Source of the DNA: Hemiscyllium ocellatum
Lineage: Eukaryota
Length of the DNA stretch: 64,000 bases
NCBI RefSeq assembly: GCF_020745735.1
Contig: NC_083417.1
Span: 53,382,001 to 53,446,000, forward strand
Reading direction: 5' to 3'
The position numbers and the translations under genes were made by a program. Positions 27,971-39,757 of this stretch are shown piece after piece (positions within the stretch are counted from its first letter, which is position 1; the number at the start of each line of letters is the position of its first letter). The notes under the pieces were generated by a model. That model had not been told where the DNA came from. It ran no database searches and saw nothing but the letters and a program-made list of their open reading frames with translations.

Positions 27971-29849
27971 TCATATCCCATGTGACTGTGACGATGATAA
28001 TCTTTCCCTCCACATCGTTCCTGATATGGTTGACAGTATCATCGCCCTCCAATGTCTTATTTCATTTCAATAAACAATTTGTAGCAAGCGCGGTTCACCT
28101 ATTGCTGTAAGATTACAGCTGACATGAGAAATTACAACTGCAGATCCAAGGCTTAACATGATCACGAGTTCTTAAATTTTCATTTCTCAAATATTAAATG
28201 TTCTGAAGGTTTAAAGTATTTGCTGTTCAACCCTACTATAGTTACAATGAAAAATGTTTTGCATTTAAAAAGATATACACGTATGAAACATAGAATGATC
28301 AACATAGGCATTTTACACCATTAACAATATTTCCTTTCCTGCCTGCCAGTCAGTGAGATTGGGTCTGATGGCATGAACATAGAGCTCAACTCAATCCTGC
28401 GTTTCTACCCTGCTGCCTTTATGAACCGTGGGGTCAGAAGATATTTCATAGTTTCATTAAAAACATGTACAAACACTTCAGCTTGTGGACATATTCTAGG
28501 CTGTTCAAATTAATTGCTGTTAAGAGAGGTTATACGTAAGACACATGTCTCCCTTTACAGCAACATGTTGGTGAAGATTTTAGTCTTGAACTCTCCAGGA
28601 CAAACACAAGAAATCCTAATTTCAAACAGTTACAATAATTTACACTATAGGAGAAAAAGGGTGTCTGTAGATTAGCAAGTCAAATCTGATTGGCTGAACT
28701 GTCACATTGGGGAAAACAAAGGGGAAACTACAGGTGGACAAAATACAGAGATTAAATAAATGTTTCTGTAGAAGCGAAAGCAAAGGATTGTCTACAATCT
28801 TTGACAATGTAGGGCAACAAAGAGCTTCTGGCATTAGTTAGACATAACCATTTAATCAATGCATAAAGTTGAAGATATGAGCTGATAATATAGCAAGGGA
28901 AACCATGCACCTGGGATCCTAGTTAGAAAGGAAACATTATTACACATCTCCTTCAACAATCAGACTGAATCTCTGTGAAACTATTTGCATATGGACTTAG
29001 AAGAGTGTGTGAAATGGAGTGGATGAATTAACTGCAAAATCTGGTACAGAAAGTGAAATGCAAGGGCATTGAGAGAGGAAAGAGGACAAAAGGAATGCTT
29101 TTTTAAACACATTCAAATTTTAAAAATCTCCAACATGCAAAACTGGAAATGAGATTCCCCCTTTGTAACTGTTAATTTTGGAGCCTGATCAGTTGTTTGA
29201 CAATAATTAATATTTGTCCCATTTTTACAAGATACTTAGGCTTAAATGGGGAAAACAATTTCCTTGTGTAAGGTTATTTTGTGACTATAGTGCAAACAGA
29301 GTAATTTCATGCTGTAAATGGGTTTCAATGGTGAGGCAAATAGAAAGATGCTGATTTTGTTAAAAATGAAGCAGCAGATCTTGGACCCCCTATTTAACAC
29401 TGAAGCTATTGCAGAAGATACAGAGTACCATGGCTACAACAGCAGGTCAGAGGCTAGAAATTCTGTAGTGAATAACTCACCTCCTGTCTCCTCAGTGACT
29501 GCCCACTTTCTGCAAAACCCAAGTCAAGAGTGAAGATCTTTACTTGCTCCAGCAACACTCAAGCAGCCTGACACTACCAAGAGCAAAAGTGCTTGACTGG
29601 CACCTCATCACTACCTTCAACATTTACTTCCTTCACCAAAGTATAATGGCAGTAGAATGCATCTTCCATGAGATGCACAGTAACTACTCACCAACACTCC
29701 TTCGACAGCTTCCACGTCTGATGAACAAATTTTTAAAAAGCATTTGCACATTAAATATTAACAAGCACTTTCACTTCCACCATTATTTTGTCAGCAAATT
29801 CTGGTCTATTCTTGATAACTTCAAAATGTGAAATAAGAAAGAGAACAAA

Positions 29850-30290
29850 ACAGCAGAGAAATAGGCTCTTTGATCCTCCAGACCTGTGCTGACATATTTT
29901 GCCCTTCTATGCTAAAATGGTCTTCACTTCCAGGACCTGTATCCCTCTGTTCCATTCCTATTCATGTATTTGTGCAGGTGCTTCTTGAATGCTGCTATTG
30001 TGTCTGCTTCCACCACCTCCTCTGGCAGCACATTCCAGGCATTCACTACTGTGTGAAAAGCTGGCCTCGCACATCTTTTTTAAGCACCCCAGCCCCCTCA
30101 CCTTGAATCTGTGTCGCCGAGTAATTGACCCCTCCACCCTGGGAAAAAGCCTCATACTTTCCATTCTATAACATCGCCCCTCCTGCATTCCAGTGAAAAC
30201 AAACCCAAGTCTATCCAACCTTTCTTCACAGCTAAAATCCCTCATAGCAGACAAACCTTTTATGCACCCTGTCCGAAGCATCCACATCAC
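29850..30290 (-). mobile_element. CR1 3' end fragment (older family)
   Basis: FSCEERLDRLG, ITRRHRFKVRG peptides. Confidence 0.75.
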
Positions 30291-31622
30291 TGCAGTTGAA
30301 CACTCCTCTTAAAAGACATTTATAGATTTAAATCATTAACAGCATTAGAAGGGGATAATATAAAAATTATCTAAATTACAAAACTATCTATTGATTTACT
30401 GGAGGCATCTATATACTTAGCTTAAATCAGACTTAAAAATATCTACAATTCCAGTGTGTTTTATTGCTCCAGCACATACAAAGATAACATTATGTCTCCA
30501 CAATATCACAGTTCATTTATGTTCAGGATATGCCCTGCCACTCCAGCTTCCTGTCTGGCTGTTTCCTCAATTTAGTAATAAACTTAATGTAACTTGTTGC
30601 CAAAGAAACATGATTAATCTTTGCGTGGGAAATCAATGAAGTACTGATATTTTGCAATAACATGCCTTCAATTTAGCAGAGACAGCCATCCCAACATTTT
30701 TACCAGTATTTTCTTTAAGAGCCTAAGTCTACAGAAATGTTTTAGCCTCCCATTTGAGGAAAGAAATTACTTATCCTTAGAGGATATTGCTTAGAAAGTT
30801 ATTGAATACAAAGTTTATTTCTGAAGTGCAGAGGATTGCATAACTCAAACAATCCAAATAAGGTAAATTTTCATAAGTAGAATAATCACATTAAACAACA
30901 ACTTCCTCTATTTGTCTAATGTCAATTTGTATGCAAATTAGAATGCAATACAATATGAAAACGCCATTCCTATGTACAAGTAAATATTCACAGGTCATAT
31001 CTTTAAAACTAATATTTATACACCACTGTATAGGATCTCGTTCATAAATACAAGAGTTCGTAAGTTGGACATTCATATATCAGAAACCACCTGTACTAAT
31101 GGTGGGAAAAAGAGAAAATAACTGTTTCTCTCTTTCGCTTTGCCCAATTTCCATTTCTTCAAAATCAGTCAGTCATTCATACTGGAGATAGTTGCATAGA
31201 TATTGATAGCTCTTTGGTATCTCATCTAGGTGGCAATTTATCATAATGTTGTCAATGACATGCACCAGAAGCTGAACATCCAGAAAATAGCCTGGAATCA
31301 TTTATTTCCAGTCAGAAATTCATATAAAATCAACTGAAGCTATCAGGAGGCAGGTATATATTATTTTGCATCAGTGAAAGATCAGGCTTCCTAAGATCCC
31401 TTTATGCAGGAAAACTGAACAATGCGAGGAAACTCATGCCTTTCAACGTATCTTAATCAGTTGCATACAAACTGTAATTTCAAATGGATGAGCAGTCCTC
31501 ATCTTACAGAAGTTTTCCATTTGGGTTTCCACTGGTTCAGATAGTTGATTGCCTACATGTACATTTGACTAAAAGATATAAACATTATCCATTTACCAGA
31601 TTCAGTGTCAATGTTTTTTTTT

Positions 31623-31938
31623 AAGATTAGATTAGATTACTTACAGTGTGGAAACAGGCCCTTCGGCCCAACAAGTCCACACCGACCCGCCGAAGCGCAA
31701 CCCACCCATACCCTTACATTTACACCTTACCTAACACTACAGGCAATTTAGCATGGCCAATTCACCTGACCCGCACATCTTTGGACTGTGGGAGGAAACC
31801 GGAGCACCCAGAGGAAACCCACGCAGACACGGGGAGAACGTGCAAACTCCACACAGTCAGTCGCCTGAGTCGGGAATTGAACCCGGGTCTCAGGCGCTGT
31901 GAGGCAACAGTGCTAACCACTGTGCCACCGTGCCGCCC
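31623..31938 (-). mobile_element. HE1-type tRNA-derived V-SINE, young copy
   Basis: tRNA-like head with A/B boxes (TGGCACAGTGG, GGTTCAATTCC), V-domain tgtgtggagtttgcacgttctcccc, CR1-derived tail and (TAATC)n end. Confidence 0.92.
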
Positions 31939-32746
31939 TACAGTTATTCTTTACCAGTTGGTCAGCTCACTAGATTCTGGTGTCTTTACAAGTGTTGCTT
32001 TCCACACAAAAACTTTACTGCTTGACTTTCTTTGCTGCTTTCACTGTGAAAATACTGACATTACCTCCTAGCAGAATAATTGAAAAACTTGCAATGACTG
32101 TGTCCAAATAGGCATTTTACTGTTAAGTGAAATTTACACCAAGATCTAAAAGCTGATTAGAAACATACATAAATATTTAAACAAAATACTTACTTGGCCT
32201 GGTGCAGTTGCATTTATCAGTGAATAACAAAAACCTATGAATTTTACAGCATATGGTTGCGTGTATAATGCTGCAATGAATAATAAAGTTAATGCTCATC
32301 ATAAATATCATCACACCTTTAATGTATCAGAATCATCTGAAACATACAAACTTGGAATTAACAGTATAATAGAACTCAAACCAATGCCATAAAATGGCAG
32401 GTGGAATTTAGCTTTTATGCAAGATTGTTAAGATGTGCAGACCATACGTGCTCCCTTGGAGTTTGGATAAAGAACAAATTTGTTTACCAAGATACACTCA
32501 CCAGCAACACTGCTAGAATGTGGTACAAGAAATATCCACTTTCTGCCAATTTCTAAACAGAATAGGTGAATCAATGGGGAGCTTTTGTTCATTTAACCTT
32601 TTCAATTCACTAGTTAAATGAAACCCATACACTACAATTAGTATACACAAAATTCTCAATATTCAGAAACTTTAAAAAAAATCTCATCTTTGCATTATAC
32701 ATAACATGATCTTGCTTAAAGTAATCAAAATAAAGCAATACAGTAC

Positions 32747-32999
32747 CTAATGCTTTAGCAGCAATCTGGCAGGTGAGGGGGGGAGGAATATTGATGCAAA
32801 TAAGATCGACATCCTGATGGAGCAAAACATCATCAGTCCGACTCGTGTAGAATGAAATGTTCATTTCCTCTGCCAGCAGCTTGGCCTCTTCCTCTGTTCT
32901 TCCCCAGAGTGCCTCGATGGTGAAACCTTCAGCACGCAACAGTGGCACCAAAACCCGTGCAGTCGTACCTGTCCCAAACACACCGACCCCTGGGAGCAT
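32747..32999 (-). CDS. GFOD2: GFOD2 first coding exon (Rossmann-fold N-terminus)
   Basis: [33 protein letters not shown]...KAL(G). Donor TTAG|GTACTG at 32746. Phase 1 join: 253+902 = 1155 nt = 384 aa + stop. A at -3 of the ATG. Confidence 0.96.
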
Positions 33000-33080
33000 T
33001 TTCCACTCTATCGGAAAAAAGGTTTCATAAGGAATTGCAAGCCAATATCCTCTCCAGCTTTACAGAAAGCTTCAGTTCTG
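33000..33080 (-). other. GFOD2: 5' UTR portion of the GFOD2 start-codon exon, with tandem (NAGNAG) acceptor
   Basis: Minus strand reads gtttgttttttattttaCAG|CAG|aactg, with AG at 33082-33081 and 33079-33078. Confidence 0.7.
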
Positions 33081-34386
33081 CTGTAAAATAAAAAACAAAC
33101 AAGTCCGTCAGTGACATGCACCAGAAGCTGAACATCCAGAAAATCTTTAGGAGCAAAGGCTTTAAGATGCAGAAATCACTTCCCAAATCTCTTGACTTAA
33201 ATTAGGTCACATATGAACAAGAAAAAGGTTTAAGTGTAGGTCATTAAACACTGATGATCTAAATTTAGTACAAAAATCATTTTTAAAAATATACACGTTA
33301 CTGACATTCACACTCAGACATATGCGCAATAACAGCCCCTCCACTTAACTGTAGGAATTACTTTAAAAGTGTCATATTGAAAATCATTCAGTTTGGTGCA
33401 TCAGTTCATTTTCTGACTTAAGGTTTTCCCTTATTACCAACTGTTGGTTTTGAATATGCTGTGTGCCTTAAACACATTAAAGCTGGTAAGGACTCATGGT
33501 AGCTGGAATCTTTATTGACTAAAGGTGAAAATGATTTTGGAATGAATAGTTCACATAACATTTTGCACAAACAGCATTATGATTAGTACTGCAGTGTAAA
33601 TAAATCGAGTGATTAAAAAGGTTTAAAACTATCTTCATGGGGTACAGGGATTTCGAATGATGAGGTTTAATCCAGTTCTGTATAGCAGTGCAGTGCAATG
33701 TGTTAATCGCACCATGAAACAAGACCACATTGAAGATTATCTAGAACAGGGTTTCTGAAAAGGAGGTTGGGACCACAGGCAGAATTGCAAGCTTAAAGTC
33801 TGGGATCACAGTTTTCTGGCAGAAATGATCACCCTATAACTCAGTCCCCTCCCCTGCTCTCATAGGTTTTGTCCTCCTCCTGACAGGTTCTCTTGCAACC
33901 TGTCAAAAAAAAAGTCAGTTATCTATAACTCCCAATTTTGGGCACATAAGATGAGAAGCAACGAGTCAATTTGCAAAACATTGACCTCATGCATTATGTC
34001 AGCCAACTCAGGGCAAGAAAGAGACCAAGATGTTTGCCTGCCAAATCGAACAGGACTAATAAAGAAGGATAAAAACAAAATCAGTTTACTGCTGCAGAGT
34101 ACCACTGGTGAGGGAATAAAATTTATAATTAATATTGAAATACAGACTTAAATATGGTTTTTAAAAAGTTACCTTCAAACTGTTAAAAACATATCAGTTA
34201 CCAATTTAAATGGCAACAGGTGTGTGTAGTAGATACAAATGCAGACAAAGTAAAGCCAGCACTGAAAAATACGTTCTGCAGATACTGATGATCCTGGAAT
34301 GCACAGGTAATTCTTTGCCAATTCAACAAGCTTAGGAAAACATTGTGCATTTATATTCCATCACTCCCATGGATTTCTTTCCAATA

Positions 34387-34874
34387 GTGAGTTTTGAGAA
34401 GAGTTGTAGCTCTGGTTGAGGTTTTGGATGTAGGTTTACTCGCTGAGCTGGAAGGTTCATTTCCAGATGTTTTGTTACCCTACTAGGTAACATCTTCAGT
34501 GGGCCTCAGATGAAGCAATGCTGAAAATTCCTGTTTTCTATTTATATGTTTGGGTTTCTTTGGGTTGGTGGTGATGTCATTTCCTGGGGTGAAGTCACAT
34601 CCTGTTCCTTTTCTCAGGGGTGGTAGATGAGGTCTAACCTGATGTGGTAGATCCCATCTATTACCCTGTGAGAAAACGAACAGGAATTAATTTCACCACA
34701 GGAAATAACATCACCACAGGAAATGACATCACCAACCCAAAGAAACTCAAACACATTAATAGAGAGCAGGAATTTTCAGCATTGCTTTGCCTGAGGCCCA
34801 CTGAAGATGTTACCTAGTAGGGTAACGAAATGTCTGGAAATGAACCTTCCAACTCAGTGAGCAATCCTATATCC
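34387..34874. mobile_element. Penelope-like family B fold-back element with 14 bp TSD
   Basis: Arms at about 34425-34620 and 34670-34875 are inverted. ATTTCTTTCCAATA occurs at 34373-34386 and 34875-34888. Extra ~40 nt tail on the left only. Confidence 0.9.
34798..34837 (+). ncRNA. Minimal type I hammerhead ribozyme motif (family B)
   Basis: CCA-CTGAAGA-T-GTTACC(TAGTAG)GGTAAC-GAAA-TGTC-TGG: core boxes, stem II and a 3 bp stem I. Antisense copy at 34463-34502. Confidence 0.75.
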
Positions 34875-34899
34875 ATTTCTTTCCAATATTTGACAAGGA

Positions 34900-36690
34900 T
34901 AGCTGATGTAATTTCAAGCTCATTTTCCATCGCATTCTCCTCTTCTTTCCAGTGTAATATTCACTTAAAAGCTTCATCATAGAATTTTTTTCAGTTTCAT
35001 GCATTGTTTTTGGTGACGAATGTATACGTCGATCGAGTTCAGCTATACAATCCAAGGTTCTTTATTCCTCCCATCATTGTAACATCCAGAAGCTTTGATT
35101 TAGCAGTGATTTGTATAGCAGACAAAATAAATCACATGTGTTTATATGTGGATCTAACAAAGAAGGAAATGCACAGGTCTGACACAGGATCATTTGGTTT
35201 CATGCAACACTTCAGAGTGTGTCAGACAGCAGCCTGGAAATTAACCATTTTTCGACTGTTGGAAGGAGTTTCAATTTGGAGTCGAGTTTGAGAAGACTGA
35301 TGCAAATTATATAAAGTATTTGAAATTTAAACTGAATGTACAGTATTCATTGCAGCTGTAGTGGATTTTAAAATGGAAAGCAATGGTAATATGATGTCCT
35401 CAATTAGTTGCGATTTCACATAGCGAGTGAACATTTCAGGCACCCGATTGTTCTGTTACCAAGCTGACTTAAACTAAAAGCTCTTGTAGCTCACCTTTGC
35501 TCATTGAGTCTTTTGAAATGTCACGTATTGAATTCCACTGAGTGTCGTTCATCTGATGTTGTGTATGTTTTCTTTCAAGTGCTTTTGTCAACACAATGCT
35601 GTGCTAGAACTATGTGATTAACTTGCTTGTAGTTGCAATGGTACAATTCACATGGTGAAGAAAGATCATCGTTTTCTGACTTGCTGTAAAGCATGGAAAA
35701 CAAATGACAGATGTCCTTGTGATATATTGCAATGTGTTAGTATAATTTTGCTTGCGTCATCATGTATAGACACCAAGATGTGGTCTGTAAAGTCCCATTT
35801 TCTCACTATCACATTCAATATTTCAGCCAGATTTTCCGCTGCATGTTGTTCTGCCATAATTTCAGTTTCTAGAACTGCAGATTAAAGCTCCAAATTCTCA
35901 ACATAATAGCAAGTAACAGTCATGTAGCTTTCTGTACTTAATGCAGTCCAGCAATTGGTGGGGAAAGCTATAGTAACGGCATATTCTAAATTTTACCGCA
36001 AAGGTGTCACAGTGTTCTCATCACATATCACTAGACGTCTGTCTCACAGGCACATTGCATTCATGTTCTACAAAATTCATCAACGCATGAAAACCTGCAT
36101 CCTCAGTGACACAACCAGCATATCCATGGTGATGTATGCACATTACACGTTGAATTCTTTCTTTGTCATAACAAAAATGCTTTCGGTTTCACTGCATTTA
36201 TAGCTTTTCTTTCATTACTATTTGAAATTTAAACACTTCAGAACTGCACTGGTGCTGTTCATATACCCCAGCATTGAACTCAACAGTTTACATTTAATGG
36301 TGTTTTCCTCCATTTTTGCAAAATTATTCCAGTCTCCTTTTTGATCTATCTTCAGAATATGGGTGAACTCAAGCAATGGTAAGATGATGTCCTCAATTAG
36401 TTGTGATTTCACATAGTGAGTGAACATTTCAGGCATCTGATTGTTGTTACCAAGCTGACTAAAACTAAAGCTCTTGTAGCGCACCTTTGCTCAATGAGTC
36501 TTTCGAAAATGTCACGTATTGAATTCCAATGAGTGTCGTTCATCTGATGTTGTGTATGTTTTCTTTCAAGTGCTTTTGTCAACACAGTGCTGTGCTAGAA
36601 CTATGTGACTAACTTGCTTGTAGCTGCAATGATACAATTCACATGGTGAAGAAAGATCACAGTTTTTTGACTTGCTGTAAAGGAATCCTT
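34900..36690 (-). mobile_element. hAT (ZBED1/Ac-like) transposase relic with internal duplication
   Basis: BED-finger-like WNNFAKMEENTIKCKL...NSTSAVLKCL, CWTALSTESYMTVTCYY, HAAENLAEIL...HDDASKI...FHALQQ and DTQWNS (TRWNS-like). Confidence 0.8.
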
Positions 36691-37174
36691 TACCTGAAAA
36701 CCTCAGGACCAGCTGTTTCTCAGATAAAAGATATTTTTGATTTTCGGATAGATCCAAAATATGTATAGGTCCTTCCAGGTCTAAATGGGGGGGGGGAAAA
36801 GAAACTTTGCTTGTTTCCAACAGACTCAAATGAGTTGAAGAGCAAATTTTTATCTTTGCCAAAAAGGTCACAAACACATCTGTAGGCATGCTGAGTTCAG
36901 GCCTTTGGAAAACAGTTTTACTATTAGATCTGTTCAGACGAAGTGAAATCATTTTCCAAGTTCAGATTTCTACAGGACTGTTTGGGTCCAATTGGATTTG
37001 CTTTCGAGAGTGCCCTCAATTTGTTTTTAGGTCTTTGATTTTTGGATAGGAACACTTGACCAGCATTATTGATTTTATTTAACGTAACAAAACTATTTAC
37101 CCAATCTATTTTAAATATTAACATGTTAATGGCAAAACCAATGATAATTGATTAAGCAGTTATTATTCTGGATG

Positions 37175-38610
37175 GAATGATGACAGTGGTTAGCACTGGT
37201 GACTAATAGCCCCAGAAACACTGTTCGATTCCATCCTTGGGTGACTGTGTGGAGTTTGCACTTTTCCCCACATTTGTGTGGGTTTCCTCTGGGTGTCCCA
37301 GTTTCCTTCCACAGTCCAAAGATACGCAGATCATGTGGATTAGCCATGAGAATTTCAGGGTTACAAGGATAGGGTAAGGGGGTGGGTCTAGTGTTGGATG
37401 CTGCGAGAATTGGTTTTTAAAAAATCACAACACCAGGTTATAGTCCAACAGGTTTATTTGGAAGCAGTAGCTTTCGGAGCGCTGCTTCTTCATCAGGTGG
37501 TTGTGGAGAATAAGATTGTAAGACACAGAATTTATAGCGAACGTTTACATTATGATGTAACTGAAATTATATATTGAAAAGACCTGGATTGTTTGTTAAG
37601 TCTCTCATCTTTTAGAAAGACCATGTTGGTTTCAGTTCTTACATTTGAAAAAAAGTTTTGAGATTTACATAAAGTTCACTTGAGAATGTAACTTAATAAT
37701 TGGTGTCATGTCAGCCCAGATAAGGTATTGAAGGTGTTAGCTGTCTGTGGCACAATGTAAAGAAGGATTTACAGATTCTTAGATTGATTCATGCAGTTTT
37801 TGAACAAAGTAAAAATGTAATTCTGCAAGTACAAATTCACCCCACAAACGTGAGAGAGAGAGAGAGAGAGAGAGAACAAGAGAGAGTGCGGGCGAGAGTG
37901 AGAGAGAGCGAGACACTCCAAGGCGGACTGCGTGACAGGCAACAACAAAAAGTGGAAGAGCAGAAACAGATAGCCAAGTTCGGTACCCATGGGGATGGCC
38001 TCAACTGGGACCCTGGGTTCATGTCACACTACAGGTGACCCCATTGCACCACACACACACACAAACGCTTGTGTGGTGAATTTGTACTTGCAGAATTACA
38101 TGGTACTTTGCTCAAAACCTGCATGAATTCACGAAAGATTCTGTAAATCTGTTTCTTAGATTAGAATCAGTCTGACCATTGTGGCACAGACAGCTTAACA
38201 GGGAGTTAACACCATCAATATCGTATCTGGGCTGACATGACACCAACTGTTACAGTTCACTTGAGAATGTAACTTTTTAAAAAAGTTTTGGTGATTTACA
38301 AGTGAAAGAACTGAAAGCAACATGGTCATTCTAAAAGATGAGAGACTTAAACAATCAAAGTATTTTTCAATATATAAATTCAGTTACATCACACTGTAAA
38401 CTTTTGCTATAAATTCTGTGTCTTACAATCTTATTCTCCACAACCAATTTATGAAGGATCAGCGCTCCGAAAGCTAGTGCTTCCAAATAAACCTGTTGGA
38501 CTATAACCTGGTGTTGTGTGATTTTTAACTTTGTACACCCCAGTTCAACACTGGAGTCTCCAAATCGTGAGGATTGGTATGGATTCGATGGGTTGAATAG
38601 CCTGGTTCCA
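37175..38610 (+). mobile_element. Degenerate HE1-like SINE split by a Penelope family A fold-back insertion
   Basis: SINE head and V-domain at 37175-37410; tail resumes at about 38568-38610. Confidence 0.7.
37416..38567 (-). mobile_element. Penelope-like family A fold-back element (tail on right)
   Basis: Inverted arms at about 37420-37845 and 38070-38530; internal GIY-YIG C-terminus (EQKQIAKFGTHGDGLNWDPGFMSHYR*) and (GA)n/(CA)n; degenerate TSD CGAGAATTGGTT / TGAGGATTGGTA. Confidence 0.85.
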
Positions 38611-38866
38611 CACTGTAGGGATTTAATGATTCTGTTTTACATCCCTAATTAAAATCATTACTTTGGAGAATAACATGCAAGTGAAAGAAGAGTTATGCAA
38701 GGAAAATTTAGTGCAGGGCAGGGTAAATAATGACAGTGTTTGAGTCAACTCAAAATCACAGCAGGCTGGATACACCTTAGCCTAAATGTGAATAAAAATC
38801 ACAATGCAGATTTCAGTGGCAAAGATATGAGTGGAATGAATGCTGACATGTGGGTTGAAGCAGATG

Positions 38867-39757
38867 CAGATAGTTCTCTGATAATGCGCATTGCAGCAGC
38901 GCAATTTGCTGATAACGTTGCTGAGGAAATAAGCAATGATATTTTCAAGAATGCTGACCTTTCTGTTTGCAATAGCACGATTCCAGCTATGATCGTTTTG
39001 CACGCTTCATTCTGTGCATGCGCTGAAGTCTCCACACTTTTCTGTGCATATGCTAATGTCAGCTCCAGTCTTCATGCTGTTCTGTAATGCAACGATGTCA
39101 GCTGCCAACCACTTGATGAAGGAGCAGCGCTCTGAAAGCTAGTGCTTCCAATTAAACCTGTTGGACTATAACCTGGTGTTGTGTGAGTTTTAGCTGCCAA
39201 TACAGCAGCTTTCTGAGAAATATACTATACAGAGAGCAGCTTTCTGAGAGAAATACATGGGGCAGCTTCCTGTGAAAGGTACACTATTCCCAGATTATCC
39301 CTTTTTTTTGAAAAGGTGGAGGGGCATAGTGACAAGAATGTTAGTAATATGTATCCTGGTGATATAATTGCAAGTGGTGAACACAAAAGAAAGGCTCTAA
39401 CACTGAAGAGAAGCTAGATATTATAAAGCACTTTGAGCATCAGGACAAAATATGTGATATAGTTCACTTAACAGGAATAAGGGAATCTACCTTATGCACC
39501 ATGATGACCCTGCATTAACAATAATTTTTTTTAAACACACTGTGTTAAATTGACTTTTGTTTCATTGATAAATATGATTTAGACCTTCATTCAGGCTGTG
39601 CTATACTTTGTTTTAGACTTTTAAGTGATTTCTGAGCAATTGTGAGTTGTATTTGTTGCTGGTCTACTTTTCCCATAGGCGTCATTATTTCTATTAAGTG
39701 ATTTTCTATTAAGAGACATTTCGCTGGAACACAACTACAGCATTATAGAACTACCTG
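38867..39757 (+). mobile_element. Tigger/pogo-like DNA transposon deletion derivative
   Basis: Termini CAGATAGTTCTCTGATAATGC and GCATTATAGAACTACCTG|TA. CENP-B/psq HTH remnant RKALTL.EKLDIIKHFEHQDKICDIVHLTGIRESTLCT at about 39388-39500. Confidence 0.7.
39109..39191 (+). mobile_element. 83 bp family A mini-insertion (hammerhead + terminus) with 9 bp TSD
   Basis: AGCTGCCAA at 39100-39108 and 39192-39200 flanks CCAC-TTGATGA-A-GGAGCAGCGCTCT-GAAA-GCTA-GTG.... Confidence 0.8.

Noticed and set aside
31860-31938. tRNA gene
   Set aside because: It is the tRNA-derived head of an HE1 SINE, continuous with the V-domain and tail. The same applies at 49545, 50400 and 57915.
32610-32746. C-terminal extension of the 129 aa ORF (TVLLYFDYF...)
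   Set aside because: Intron read-through past the GT donor at 32746.
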